This document shows, in pieces, positions 30,418 through 39,106 of a DNA stretch of 49,758 bases. The stretch's first letter is position 1. Every line of letters begins with the position of its first letter. Below the pieces are notes generated by a model. That model saw nothing but the letters and a program-made list of their open reading frames with translations. It made no database searches and was not told the origin of the DNA. Both the position numbers and the translations under genes were made by a program. Source of the DNA: Candidatus Moraniibacteriota bacterium (lineage in GTDB: Bacteria > Patescibacteriota > Minisyncoccia > Moranbacterales > UBA9337); contig JALNYX010000003.1 in the NCBI GenBank assembly GCA_023229615.1, positions 1-49,758 of the forward strand, given 5' to 3'.

Positions 30418-31128
30418 ATGAAACAAGCTGAAAACACCAAAATAGCTGAGGATGCTAAAGCTTTCATCAAAAAGAAAAAACGCGACCTCATAGATAAATT
30501 TGCCGACCTTGAAAAATTTCCTCCATCAGAAAAGCCATTTTCGTTTTTTATGGCTGGTTCTCCTGGCGCGGGAAAAACTGAATTCTCAAAAAGGCTCATA
30601 GAATCAATGATGCCTACGCCCATCGTAAGAATAGACGCCGACGAGATAAAAGAATTCATTCCTCAATATACAGGCAAAAACTCTGACATCGTACAGGGAG
30701 CGGCTTCAATTGCGGTGGATAATTTAAATTACTACGCCCTAAAACACAACCAAAATTTAATCATGGATGGCACGTTTGCACATTACGGGGTGGCACGCAA
30801 AAATATAATGAATTGTCTGAATAAAAAAAGGCAGATTAGCGTATTTTATATATACCAAGATCCTGTCGTCGCTTGGGATTTCACCCGGAAGCGCGAGAAG
30901 CTTGAGGGTCGCTATGTTCCAAAAGAAGCCTTTATCGAAGCATTTTTTAAGGCGAAAGAAAACGTACAGTTGATCAAGGAGGAGTTTGGCGAAAAAATAG
31001 AGCTCAACCTGATCATAAAAAATGACAAGAATGAAGACGAAGAAATCAAATCTAATATTAGCTCGAATATTGACGATTTTGCAATAATCGCATATAATAA
31101 GGAATCTCTAAATACAATCCTATGCTGA
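30418..31128 (+). CDS. Zeta-toxin family P-loop kinase
   Basis: MAGSPGAGKTE Walker A, RIDADEIK, IMDGT and R...EGRYVP motifs. Confidence 0.85.
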   Translation: MKQAENTKIAEDAKAFIKKKKRDLIDKFADLEKFPPSEKPFSFFMAGSPGAGKTEFSKRLIESMMPTPIVRIDADEIKEFIPQYTGKNSDIVQGAASIAVDNLNYYALKHNQNLIMDGTFAHYGVARKNIMNCLNKKRQISVFYIYQDPVVAWDFTRKREKLEGRYVPKEAFIEAFFKAKENVQLIKEEFGEKIELNLIIKNDKNEDEEIKSNISSNIDDFAIIAYNKESLNTILC

Positions 31129-31319
31129 AAAAAATAATTTCAAAATTTTCTCATAATAAAAAATCTCCAAAAAAAGAGGTCAATTTTTTCGATTTGTCCC
31201 AAGTTGAAAAAGAGCAGCTCATAAAAAAAGCTGCCAGACTTTCGTCCCAAGATCAAAAAGACCTTTTGAAAGAATACGATCGCAAATTCGGCGATCTGCA
31301 AACCAACTCTTGCAAATAA
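31122..31319 (+). CDS. Small hypothetical protein, possible partner or antitoxin of the zeta toxin
   Basis: 65 aa; overlaps the zeta stop and is followed by a terminator. Confidence 0.6.
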   Translation: MLKKIISKFSHNKKSPKKEVNFFDLSQVEKEQLIKKAARLSSQDQKDLLKEYDRKFGDLQTNSCK

Positions 31320-31349
31320 ACAAGCGCGCGCCGCATTATCTCCCTTTCA

Positions 31350-31378
31350 AAAAATCCTGCCATAGTGGCAGGATTTTT
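31350..31378. terminator. Intrinsic terminator
   Basis: aaaaatcctgcca-tag-tggcaggattttt. Confidence 0.85.
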
Positions 31379-31411
31379 ATTGTACCATTCTGAATTTGCG
31401 CTTATCGATAA

Positions 31412-31513
31412 TGTATCATAATTCCACGGCCGACGGTAGATGACACAAAAGATAGGGATTGTGTTTGTTGGGTTGAATGTGTCATTTAGATACGGTCGAC
31501 GTAAGATGACACA
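31412..31513 (+). repeat. 36-bp symmetric sites, copy 5 (31412-31447, arms C|B) and copy 6 (31478-31513, arms A|B)
   Basis: TGTATCAT AATTCCA CGGCCG ACGGTAG ATGACACA and TGTGTCAT TTAGATA CGGTCG ACGTAAG ATGACACA, separated by 30 bp. Confidence 0.95.
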
Positions 31514-31639
31514 AATAGAGATGATGGGTAGTTTGATTGTGGGGTTGCTATGTTGTTTCTATCTTCCGCTTTTCCTCGCCCTGCCGAAGCCTTTGGCGAA
31601 GGCGGGTGCGGCGGTTAATGAGGTCGTATCCGAGATAAC

Positions 31640-31954
31640 TTAGACAGCCAAATAATGTTGTGTCTCAGTTAAAATTGCATCTAGATTATAGTGTTTTATA
31701 TCACGAGCAACTTCCCTTGAAGATTCCTTTTGAACTATCCGGAAATTCCGGATAGTTGAATTTTCATCCAATTCTTGCTCTAAATAAATATTAACCAGAT
31801 GCTCATTGACTGTGCGAACATTAACATTAAATAGTTCGGCGATTAATTTTTGCGTCAACCAAACATTCTCATCTTCAATTCTAACGTGGATTTTTTGTTT
31901 ATCGCCAAAAGATTGATAAATGGTAATTTGCTGTTTTTTTGAGTGCTTTTTCAT
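31640..31954 (-). pseudogene. Truncated RhuM-family N-terminal domain
   Basis: VWLTQKLIAELF...TVNEHLVNIY...IRNFRIVQKE...YNLDAI, ending before the conserved VGYRV motif. Confidence 0.8.
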
Positions 31955-32061
31955 TTTTTTGTATTCAATTTTGATTACACTGATATTATACCACTGGATG
32001 TTTTAGCGTCAAATATTTCGTGTTTTATTCGGTGGAGTCAGATTATTGTTGAATTAAAAAA

Positions 32062-32713
32062 TGTGTCATTTAGATACGGCCGACGTAGGATGACACAAAT
32101 TATAGATGGGCCGGGATTGAGTGTTGATAAAATACAGGGATTGTGTTTGTTAAATTGAGAATGTGTCATTTAGATACGGCCGACGGTAGATGACACAAAT
32201 GTTGAATGTGTCATTTAGATACGGCCGACGTAGGATGACACAAATTATAGGGATTGTGTTTGTTGGATTAAAATAGGCTTGTTGTGTCATTTAGATACGG
32301 CCGACGTAGGATGACACAAATTATAGATGGGCCAGGATTGAGTGTTGATAAAATACAGGGATTGTGTTTGTTGGATTAAAATAGGCTTGTTGTGTCATTT
32401 AGATACGGTCGACGTAGGATGACACAAAAGATAGAGATTGTGTTTGTTGGATTAAAATAGGCTTGTTGTGTCATTTAGATACGGCCGACGTAGGATGACA
32501 CAAAAAACAGGGATTACATACTATACTGTTGGATTACAAAATGTGTCATTTAGATACGGCCGACGGGAGATGACACAAAAGATAGAGATAGTGTTTGTTG
32601 AATTGAGAATGTGTCATTTAGATACGGCCGTGGAATTATGACACAAAAAATAGGGATTGTGTTTGTTGAATTGAGAATGTGTCATTTAGATACGGTCGAC
32701 GGGAGATGACACA
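32062..32713 (+). repeat. Tandem array of nine 36-bp symmetric sites (starts 32062, 32162, 32207, 32283, 32391, 32467, 32542, 32610, 32678)
   Basis: Consensus TGTGTCATTTAGATACGG(C/T)CGACGnnnGATGACACA. Spacers are 64, 9, 40, 72, 40, 39, 32 and 32 bp and resemble each other. Confidence 0.95.
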
Positions 32714-32815
32714 AATAGAAGTTTTTGTGAAGACTTCTATTTTAATTTTATCACCAACCCTTTCGAGAAGCAAAAAAACTTTTTTTTATTTCTACTTCTG
32801 TTTCTGTTTCTGTTC

Positions 32816-35800
32816 CTATTCCATATCACCCACCCGCTCTCGCTCCCGTTCTCCCGCCCTGCGCTTTCTTCGTTTTACAAAGTCATAACCCAAATAGCCA
32901 AGACAACCTGCGAGAGTTGTGCCGGAAATTAACAATCCCAAATAGAACCATCTTTGGGGGAAGAATTCTATGGTCATTTCGATGTCATAACTTCCATCAG
33001 CATTCAGCTTGCAGGCACTATTCAATTCATCACTTTCCGACTTTTGACTTTTGACTTTTGACTCACACAATTGTTCCGGTTCAACAAACCAGCCATTCAA
33101 AAATCCATTCAATTCAAAATGCTTGTCATCCGAAATCCGATCAGGCTTTACCCAAGGAATCCACGACGCGATAAATCGCGAGTATAAAGTCGAAAGTCGA
33201 AAGTTAAAAGCATTTGAGTCAACGATGCCAATCTTATTATTAGTAAGTTGTGCCTGCCACTGCGGATGAAAACTCTCACTCATCGCCAAATAAAACGGCG
33301 TAGTCGCCCCCTTGATATGAACTAATTTTTTGGTAGGATTCAATAAATCAAATGTTACTTCCTTAGGATCGACAAAATTAGTCTGAGGATCACTCACGAG
33401 ATAGTAATGATTTTGAATGTCAGGAAGCTCAATTAAATGAAAATTATCGTAAAGTGTCCTAATATTGGTCTTTTCATCTTGACTGAAAGAATAAACTGCA
33501 AGTGATGCTTCTTCCACACCATTTGGAATTGAGATGATTTTAGAAAAATGATGCCACTCATTATTTGTTATTGGAAGTCGTTTACTGATGTAGTTATTCT
33601 TACCAAAACCCAAGTAAAATGCTGCGATTTTTCCATCATCACTCTTATAATCAAAAGATAATAAATATGAAGCGTTACTTTTTAAATAAATTTTTCCCGT
33701 AGAAGTACACGCATTATGACGAATCGAGGATAATTCTAAAGAATTTAGACCATCCGTCCTATCGCTTGATAATTTCATTGAAATTAAGGGATTGTCATCG
33801 TAAGCATTGCAATCACTCACTGCTTTCTGCCACATTCCATCTTCAAAAGAAAAATTTAAAATATCATTTTTATAACTAAAATTATCATGTTTGTATGTAA
33901 TTCCCAATGAACTACCTGATAAAACATCAATAGCACTGTAATAATCCCTAATAATATCATCATCTTTTTCTAAAATTTTAATTTGAGATTGCAGTATCTC
34001 TATTTCTGCTGTTATATTATTAGAATATAAATAAGTTTTTCCATTTGTTGGAATATCCCTAAGAACAATTTCTTTATTTTGTATTTCTTCTGGTGTTAGA
34101 AATTCAAATAATCTAGTTATTTTTTGTGTTGGAAATTCAAATTTTTTTTCGGAAACAATAAAATCTTCTTTATCGCTAATGGTATCTAAAACAAATTCAA
34201 ATTTTTTATTAATATTTAAATATGAATCATATTGTGTCAAATCTAAAAATGACCTAAAATAATTTTTATAATTACTATTCTCATACACAACCAATTCCGT
34301 GGTTCCAATATCAATTCGCTTTAAATATGATAATTTGTCAAGATTATCAATATACCATTGACGGATATTAGGATTTTCCCTACCTCCATAATCTATAAAA
34401 AAATTATCATCATTACTATAATCGCTCAACGGCACTACGATATACTTAATAGACCCTGCATCCAAAAGATGATCTGAAAAATATTTATTAAATGGATCAA
34501 TGATTTTTAAAAATCTATCTCTCGGATGAATATCACCATCAACAAAATTTTTCCACATTTTGTCAGCTATATTAACACCAACTAATCGTGGGTGTTTGTC
34601 TGTATATGTGGCCCATTTACTTGTATGCGGAACCCAATATGTTCGAAAAAAATATGACTGAGAGTTTATAAATTCATTGTAGATTTTATAATCATCTGGT
34701 ATTTGCCTTGGAACAAACAATGTTTCAACACCTCCAGAAAAAAATGACCTTGTGTTTCCTAAAAATATAAATACCACTATAATAGTTAATATAATTCCGA
34801 CATTCTTTATAACTTTATTTTTATTCAATGTTACATAATAAACAAAACTACTAATTAAAACTGAGTAGCCAATGGCTATAAGAAAATAAAACTTACTTGC
34901 CTCTCTAAAAACTTGAAATCCTGGAATATGGGTAAATAGCCATTTATACAGCTCTGGAAAAGGGCTTACAGCTTGTTTAGATAATAAAATCCCAAAAATT
35001 GATATGATGGAGAAAAAAAGAACAAGACGATTTTTTTTCCCCAAAATTAAACCACAAAAAGATATTACAGGAACCAAGAAAAAATAAATTGGGATATGTT
35101 GTGTTTCAAAAACTGCAATTTTACCTCCTGTCCACCAAGGATGAAATAACGCAATAGACCTTGTAAGATTATAAAAACTACTCCCCCATAATTCTCTGCT
35201 AAGTATGGCATTTTCTTGACCACCACCGCTCATAATCATGCCCAGTATCCAGTAAATACTCAAAAAAAGAAATACCGAAAAAGAAACTATTGAATAAATA
35301 ATTATTGAAAAATCAAAATTTTCAAATAATTTAAAAATTGTATAGATAGCTAGTACCACTGAGACAATTAAGGCAACCCTAGGTTCATAAGAACTCAAAC
35401 CAAATAAGGTTAAGGCAGATACAATACAAAATAAAATTTTCTTTTCGTTTAACGCTTTTATAAAAAATAATATTGCAAATGGTGCTAATGCAAATGCAGT
35501 TGCTAATGTTATGTGTCCTGTTTGAAGTGTGAGTATGTAGCTATTAAAAGAATATACACCAGCACCAATGCAAGCAGCTAATACATTTTTAAATATATAT
35601 CTGTTTAAAAAATATGCCGAGAGTGGTGTAAATATAACGATTGGGAAAAAATATTGTATTCTTTCGATTATCTCCCATCTTAAAAAATTATTTAATGCTA
35701 AAACACCAGATAATGCATACGTTGGAGCTTGCCCGACATCAGAAAGATGCCTACCAAAATTTTGATCAGATAACCATAGCGAAAAATAGTTTATCCTTAG

Positions 35801-35950
35801 TGAATACAAAGTCTCATTGAAAAAATAAGTCCAATCACCATGAGTTATAATGGCATCACTAAATAGCCATCTATGATAAATTAACATAGTGACCATGCAT
35901 AAAATTATAATTGGCCATTTCTCTTTTGCTTTTTTAAAAAGATAATTCAT
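32816..35950 (-). CDS. Large GT-C/AftD-like membrane protein with a carbohydrate-binding-module-like domain and a C-terminal TM anchor
   Basis: About 12 N-terminal TM segments (GD after TM1, IPGFQVFREASKF), a CBM4/9-like segment NFSFEDG...DNF and a NGFLNGW...FFPQRWF C-terminus. Confidence 0.65.
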   Translation of the reverse strand: MNYLFKKAKEKWPIIILCMVTMLIYHRWLFSDAIITHGDWTYFFNETLYSLRINYFSLWLSDQNFGRHLSDVGQAPTYALSGVLALNNFLRWEIIERIQYFFPIVIFTPLSAYFLNRYIFKNVLAACIGAGVYSFNSYILTLQTGHITLATAFALAPFAILFFIKALNEKKILFCIVSALTLFGLSSYEPRVALIVSVVLAIYTIFKLFENFDFSIIIYSIVSFSVFLFLSIYWILGMIMSGGGQENAILSRELWGSSFYNLTRSIALFHPWWTGGKIAVFETQHIPIYFFLVPVISFCGLILGKKNRLVLFFSIISIFGILLSKQAVSPFPELYKWLFTHIPGFQVFREASKFYFLIAIGYSVLISSFVYYVTLNKNKVIKNVGIILTIIVVFIFLGNTRSFFSGGVETLFVPRQIPDDYKIYNEFINSQSYFFRTYWVPHTSKWATYTDKHPRLVGVNIADKMWKNFVDGDIHPRDRFLKIIDPFNKYFSDHLLDAGSIKYIVVPLSDYSNDDNFFIDYGGRENPNIRQWYIDNLDKLSYLKRIDIGTTELVVYENSNYKNYFRSFLDLTQYDSYLNINKKFEFVLDTISDKEDFIVSEKKFEFPTQKITRLFEFLTPEEIQNKEIVLRDIPTNGKTYLYSNNITAEIEILQSQIKILEKDDDIIRDYYSAIDVLSGSSLGITYKHDNFSYKNDILNFSFEDGMWQKAVSDCNAYDDNPLISMKLSSDRTDGLNSLELSSIRHNACTSTGKIYLKSNASYLLSFDYKSDDGKIAAFYLGFGKNNYISKRLPITNNEWHHFSKIISIPNGVEEASLAVYSFSQDEKTNIRTLYDNFHLIELPDIQNHYYLVSDPQTNFVDPKEVTFDLLNPTKKLVHIKGATTPFYLAMSESFHPQWQAQLTNNKIGIVDSNAFNFRLSTLYSRFIASWIPWVKPDRISDDKHFELNGFLNGWFVEPEQLCESKVKSQKSESDELNSACKLNADGSYDIEMTIEFFPQRWFYLGLLISGTTLAGCLGYLGYDFVKRRKRRAGERERERVGDME

Positions 35951-35955
35951 CTAAA

Positions 35956-37128
35956 TTATTTTCCAACAATTCTTTTTGCTAATTTTGGATATATATTTGA
36001 AGATTTAAATCGTTCAAAAATTAAACTAGCATCAGATCTTATCACAAATCCGTTAATAACTAAATTCTTTATTGACTTAACAAACTCATCAATAGTTTCA
36101 GGAAGAAACCCCCAATAATTATCTGCTATAACATCCTTTGGCCCCGGGGCAGGAAAAGCAATAACTGGTACATTTACAGACAATGCCTCTAAAATCGTAT
36201 AACCAAAAGTTTCATTTTTACTTGTTAATACCAACAAATTACATTGCGACAACAACGAAGGAATATATTCATTATTAACATATCCGTGAATTGTGATATT
36301 TATCCCCTCGTTTGACATTTTATCAAAAATACATTTATCAGGACCCTCCCCGATAATGTGCCACATAATTTTATTTTCAATATCCTTATTGCATTTTTCA
36401 ATAATTTCCTTTAGATAAAGAACGCCCTTGTCTTTAGACAGTCTACCAATCCAAGCTATATGATAAAAATCATCCACAGATTGCATCCCAAATTTATATG
36501 TTTGTAAATTTTTTAAAAAAATATCATGCTGGAATGAATTTGGTATAAGAAAAACATTATCCGAAAATCCGTATTTACATAAAATTTCCTTGTCATAAGT
36601 ATTCAATACATGAAACTGCCTGACTCCTTTAGTTAAAAATTTATAAAAAAACTTTCCATATAAAAAATTATGTATTTTTTCATGCATTGATATGCAACTT
36701 TTAAAATGTAGCTGGGTATGGCATCCAAATGTTATAGGTGGGATATTTTTATATCCAATAAAAAATTTTAAAAAGAATGCTTCTACTATTTCATTTTTTG
36801 TATAAATCACATCATACTCCTTTAATATTTCCCTTAAATTAATAAAAGACGTTGCCCTTCTGTATAAAATTCCATTTAATTTTTTTTCTATTTCTTCATT
36901 ATTAAAATAATTACTGACTTTATTTTTTTTTCTCAAATAATAAAAATTTAAAAGATTACTAAATTTTCTAGAAAAATTTTCATCCATTGTTATGATGTCG
37001 ACATGTGCTAATTCATGTTTTTTAACGAATAGAGCAAACTCTAGAAAAAATTTTTCTAGACCACCACGATAACCGAACCCTGTTAACTTGAATAATGCAA
37101 TTTTTTTCTTTCTATATAACTTTTTCAT
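35956..37128 (-). CDS. GT4 glycosyltransferase
   Basis: GGLEK, GRLSKDKG and ETFGYTILEALS motifs. Confidence 0.88.
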   Translation of the reverse strand: MKKLYRKKKIALFKLTGFGYRGGLEKFFLEFALFVKKHELAHVDIITMDENFSRKFSNLLNFYYLRKKNKVSNYFNNEEIEKKLNGILYRRATSFINLREILKEYDVIYTKNEIVEAFFLKFFIGYKNIPPITFGCHTQLHFKSCISMHEKIHNFLYGKFFYKFLTKGVRQFHVLNTYDKEILCKYGFSDNVFLIPNSFQHDIFLKNLQTYKFGMQSVDDFYHIAWIGRLSKDKGVLYLKEIIEKCNKDIENKIMWHIIGEGPDKCIFDKMSNEGINITIHGYVNNEYIPSLLSQCNLLVLTSKNETFGYTILEALSVNVPVIAFPAPGPKDVIADNYWGFLPETIDEFVKSIKNLVINGFVIRSDASLIFERFKSSNIYPKLAKRIVGK

Positions 37129-38191
37129 ATAAATAATCCCTGTTAAATTTTAAATAAAAATCTCTTGCTTTAAAATAAAAATTATCTGTGCGAAAGTTTT
37201 TAATTTTCATCTTTAATACACTAATTTCCATTTTATCAAAAACAATGCCCAATGAATTATCTTTAATAAACTTAGCTATCTCTGGTACATTTGACATAAA
37301 AACAGGAATTCCACAAGCAACATATTCACCCACCTTTGATGGAGAACAATAATAAGTCCATTTTGATTGAAGATTATAAGGAGCTAGCCCGATTCCATCG
37401 AATTTTTTTAAATATTCTAGCACAAATTCATGGGACTTTTGATAATGAGTTTCAACATTGATATTTTTATCTTTACACAAATCCAGCACTCGCTCCCAAT
37501 CATCACCTTGGCCTATAATAACAAGTTTTTTGATTTCAGAATGTAAAACATTAAGCAAATCAAATAATCCATGCTCCTTAGTAACACTACCAACATAAAT
37601 AAATTTATCTTTTTTAATATCTTTTTTAATAAATTCTGGCTCATCAATAAATATACCATTTGGAATAACCATACTCTTCTCCTTTTTTAATCCAAGTTTG
37701 ATCCTAGCCCGCTCTGCACGCTTTGTATTTGAAATTACAATATCACTATATTTCAAAGCTACTATTTCTATTAAATAATATACCTGATTCAATGCCCAAT
37801 TTTTATGAAATCTATCCTCAGAATAATCAGATGCAAAAAATATGATTTTCTTTACTCTTTTTCTTAATATATATTTTACTAAAATTCCGCTAAGAGTATC
37901 GAAATTATTAGCTCCAATAAAAACATCGAACTTAGTTTTTTTCAAATATTTTAAGGAAATATAAATATCTTTTATAAAATTATAAATACTCATCTTCCTC
38001 CTTTGTATTCTCGTAATTTCCTTTAAATTTTCATAAAAAAATGTTGATTCATTTTCATATTTATCCAGAGGATGCGAAAGCCTGCTAACAAAGTATCCTT
38101 TACGAAGCAAATATGCCTCAAGATAGTTAACCGATCCACTCTTTTTGTTTGCATGATTTAAGATAAAAATCTTCAATTCTCTATTTTTCAT
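37112..38191 (-). CDS. GT4-like glycosyltransferase
   Basis: IPNG, YVGSV and SPSKVGEYVACGIPV motifs. Confidence 0.82.
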   Translation of the reverse strand: MKNRELKIFILNHANKKSGSVNYLEAYLLRKGYFVSRLSHPLDKYENESTFFYENLKEITRIQRRKMSIYNFIKDIYISLKYLKKTKFDVFIGANNFDTLSGILVKYILRKRVKKIIFFASDYSEDRFHKNWALNQVYYLIEIVALKYSDIVISNTKRAERARIKLGLKKEKSMVIPNGIFIDEPEFIKKDIKKDKFIYVGSVTKEHGLFDLLNVLHSEIKKLVIIGQGDDWERVLDLCKDKNINVETHYQKSHEFVLEYLKKFDGIGLAPYNLQSKWTYYCSPSKVGEYVACGIPVFMSNVPEIAKFIKDNSLGIVFDKMEISVLKMKIKNFRTDNFYFKARDFYLKFNRDYLYEKVI

Positions 38192-39020
38192 ACTTCGATA
38201 TATTTATCAAATACCCAACTCCTCCAAACCCAAACTCACAAGTCTTCATAAACAACATACCAAGACCCACAAGCGGATGGCGAAACAGTTTTTTTGGATT
38301 ACTTAAAAATAATTTATAACGTGAAACGATTCCCGTCTGATGACCAACATTTTCCCTATGCTTGGAATTTTTTGCATATTTCGCAAACTCTCCGGCATAA
38401 TAATATTTTTTCTTCACCGTTTTCCACAAATCAATCCTCCCCTCATTATGATCCAAAAATTCATCCGTCCTCACAATCTTTCCCAATTCCCCAATCCTCT
38501 GCGACAAATCCCAATCCTCCCCGCTCGTCATCTTTTCATTATAGCCTCCAACCCGCAAAAAGTCATCCCGATAGAAAAATCTCGCCGCCTCCATCCAATC
38601 AATCCCCACATAGAAACTCTTCTCCAATGATTTGCACTTTGCCCAAAAACCTTCTCCGATCGAACGCTCTGGAATAATCACCGCCCTCACTTCTTCATCC
38701 TTTTCCATTCTTTCCACACAACCCTCAATAACCTTCGGAGTCAGCTCCATATCAGAATCAATCACCAAAACATATTTCCCACTGGCATTTTTCACTCCCA
38801 AATTTCTTTGCGCGCAACGATGATCTCCAATTTTATCAAAAACAAAAACCTTGTCCGTATATTCCTTTGCAATTTGAACATCATCCAATTTGCTATTTCC
38901 ATCAACCACAATAATTTCAATATTTGGATAAGTTTGCTTTTTCAAACAATCCAAACATCGACGCAAAAGTTCTGAACGATCACGAGTAGGAATGATAATT
39001 GAAACTAAATCTTTTTCCAT
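38181..39020 (-). CDS. GT2 glycosyltransferase
   Basis: VSIIIPT, VVDGNS, IDSDM and GEDWDL motifs. Confidence 0.9.
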   Translation of the reverse strand: MEKDLVSIIIPTRDRSELLRRCLDCLKKQTYPNIEIIVVDGNSKLDDVQIAKEYTDKVFVFDKIGDHRCAQRNLGVKNASGKYVLVIDSDMELTPKVIEGCVERMEKDEEVRAVIIPERSIGEGFWAKCKSLEKSFYVGIDWMEAARFFYRDDFLRVGGYNEKMTSGEDWDLSQRIGELGKIVRTDEFLDHNEGRIDLWKTVKKKYYYAGEFAKYAKNSKHRENVGHQTGIVSRYKLFLSNPKKLFRHPLVGLGMLFMKTCEFGFGGVGYLINISKYEK

Positions 39021-39106
39021 AATAATGAATAGTCTATAATGTCTTAATGTCTATAAAGTCAAAAGTCGGAATATAGTCGAAAGTCTATAATGTCGTAATG
39101 TCGACT

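Noticed and set aside
32062..32713. Canonical CRISPR array (36-bp repeats near a Cas2-like gene)
   Set aside because: Spacers range from 9 to 72 bp and are homologous to each other. The same repeat also flanks kb-sized genes, and no cas1 or effector genes are in the window.
27998..32713. XerC/D dif (pdif) sites or integron attC sites
   Set aside because: The geometry is 15-6-15 rather than 11-6-11, there is no TTATGTTAAAT-like XerD arm next to the core, no RYYYAAC...GTTRRRY ends, and no intI gene in the window.
32785..32865. Hexamer-like low-complexity run (tttctg / cgctct) around the stop of the 1044-aa gene
   Set aside because: It is short and degenerate and partly explained by an RERERV tail, so it gives too little support for a separate element.
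31440..32888. ORFs 31440..31643, 31943..32158 and 32679..32888 (SFRYGRR peptides)
   Set aside because: These are translations of the 36-bp repeat and adjacent non-coding or antisense sequence, with no independent coding signal.
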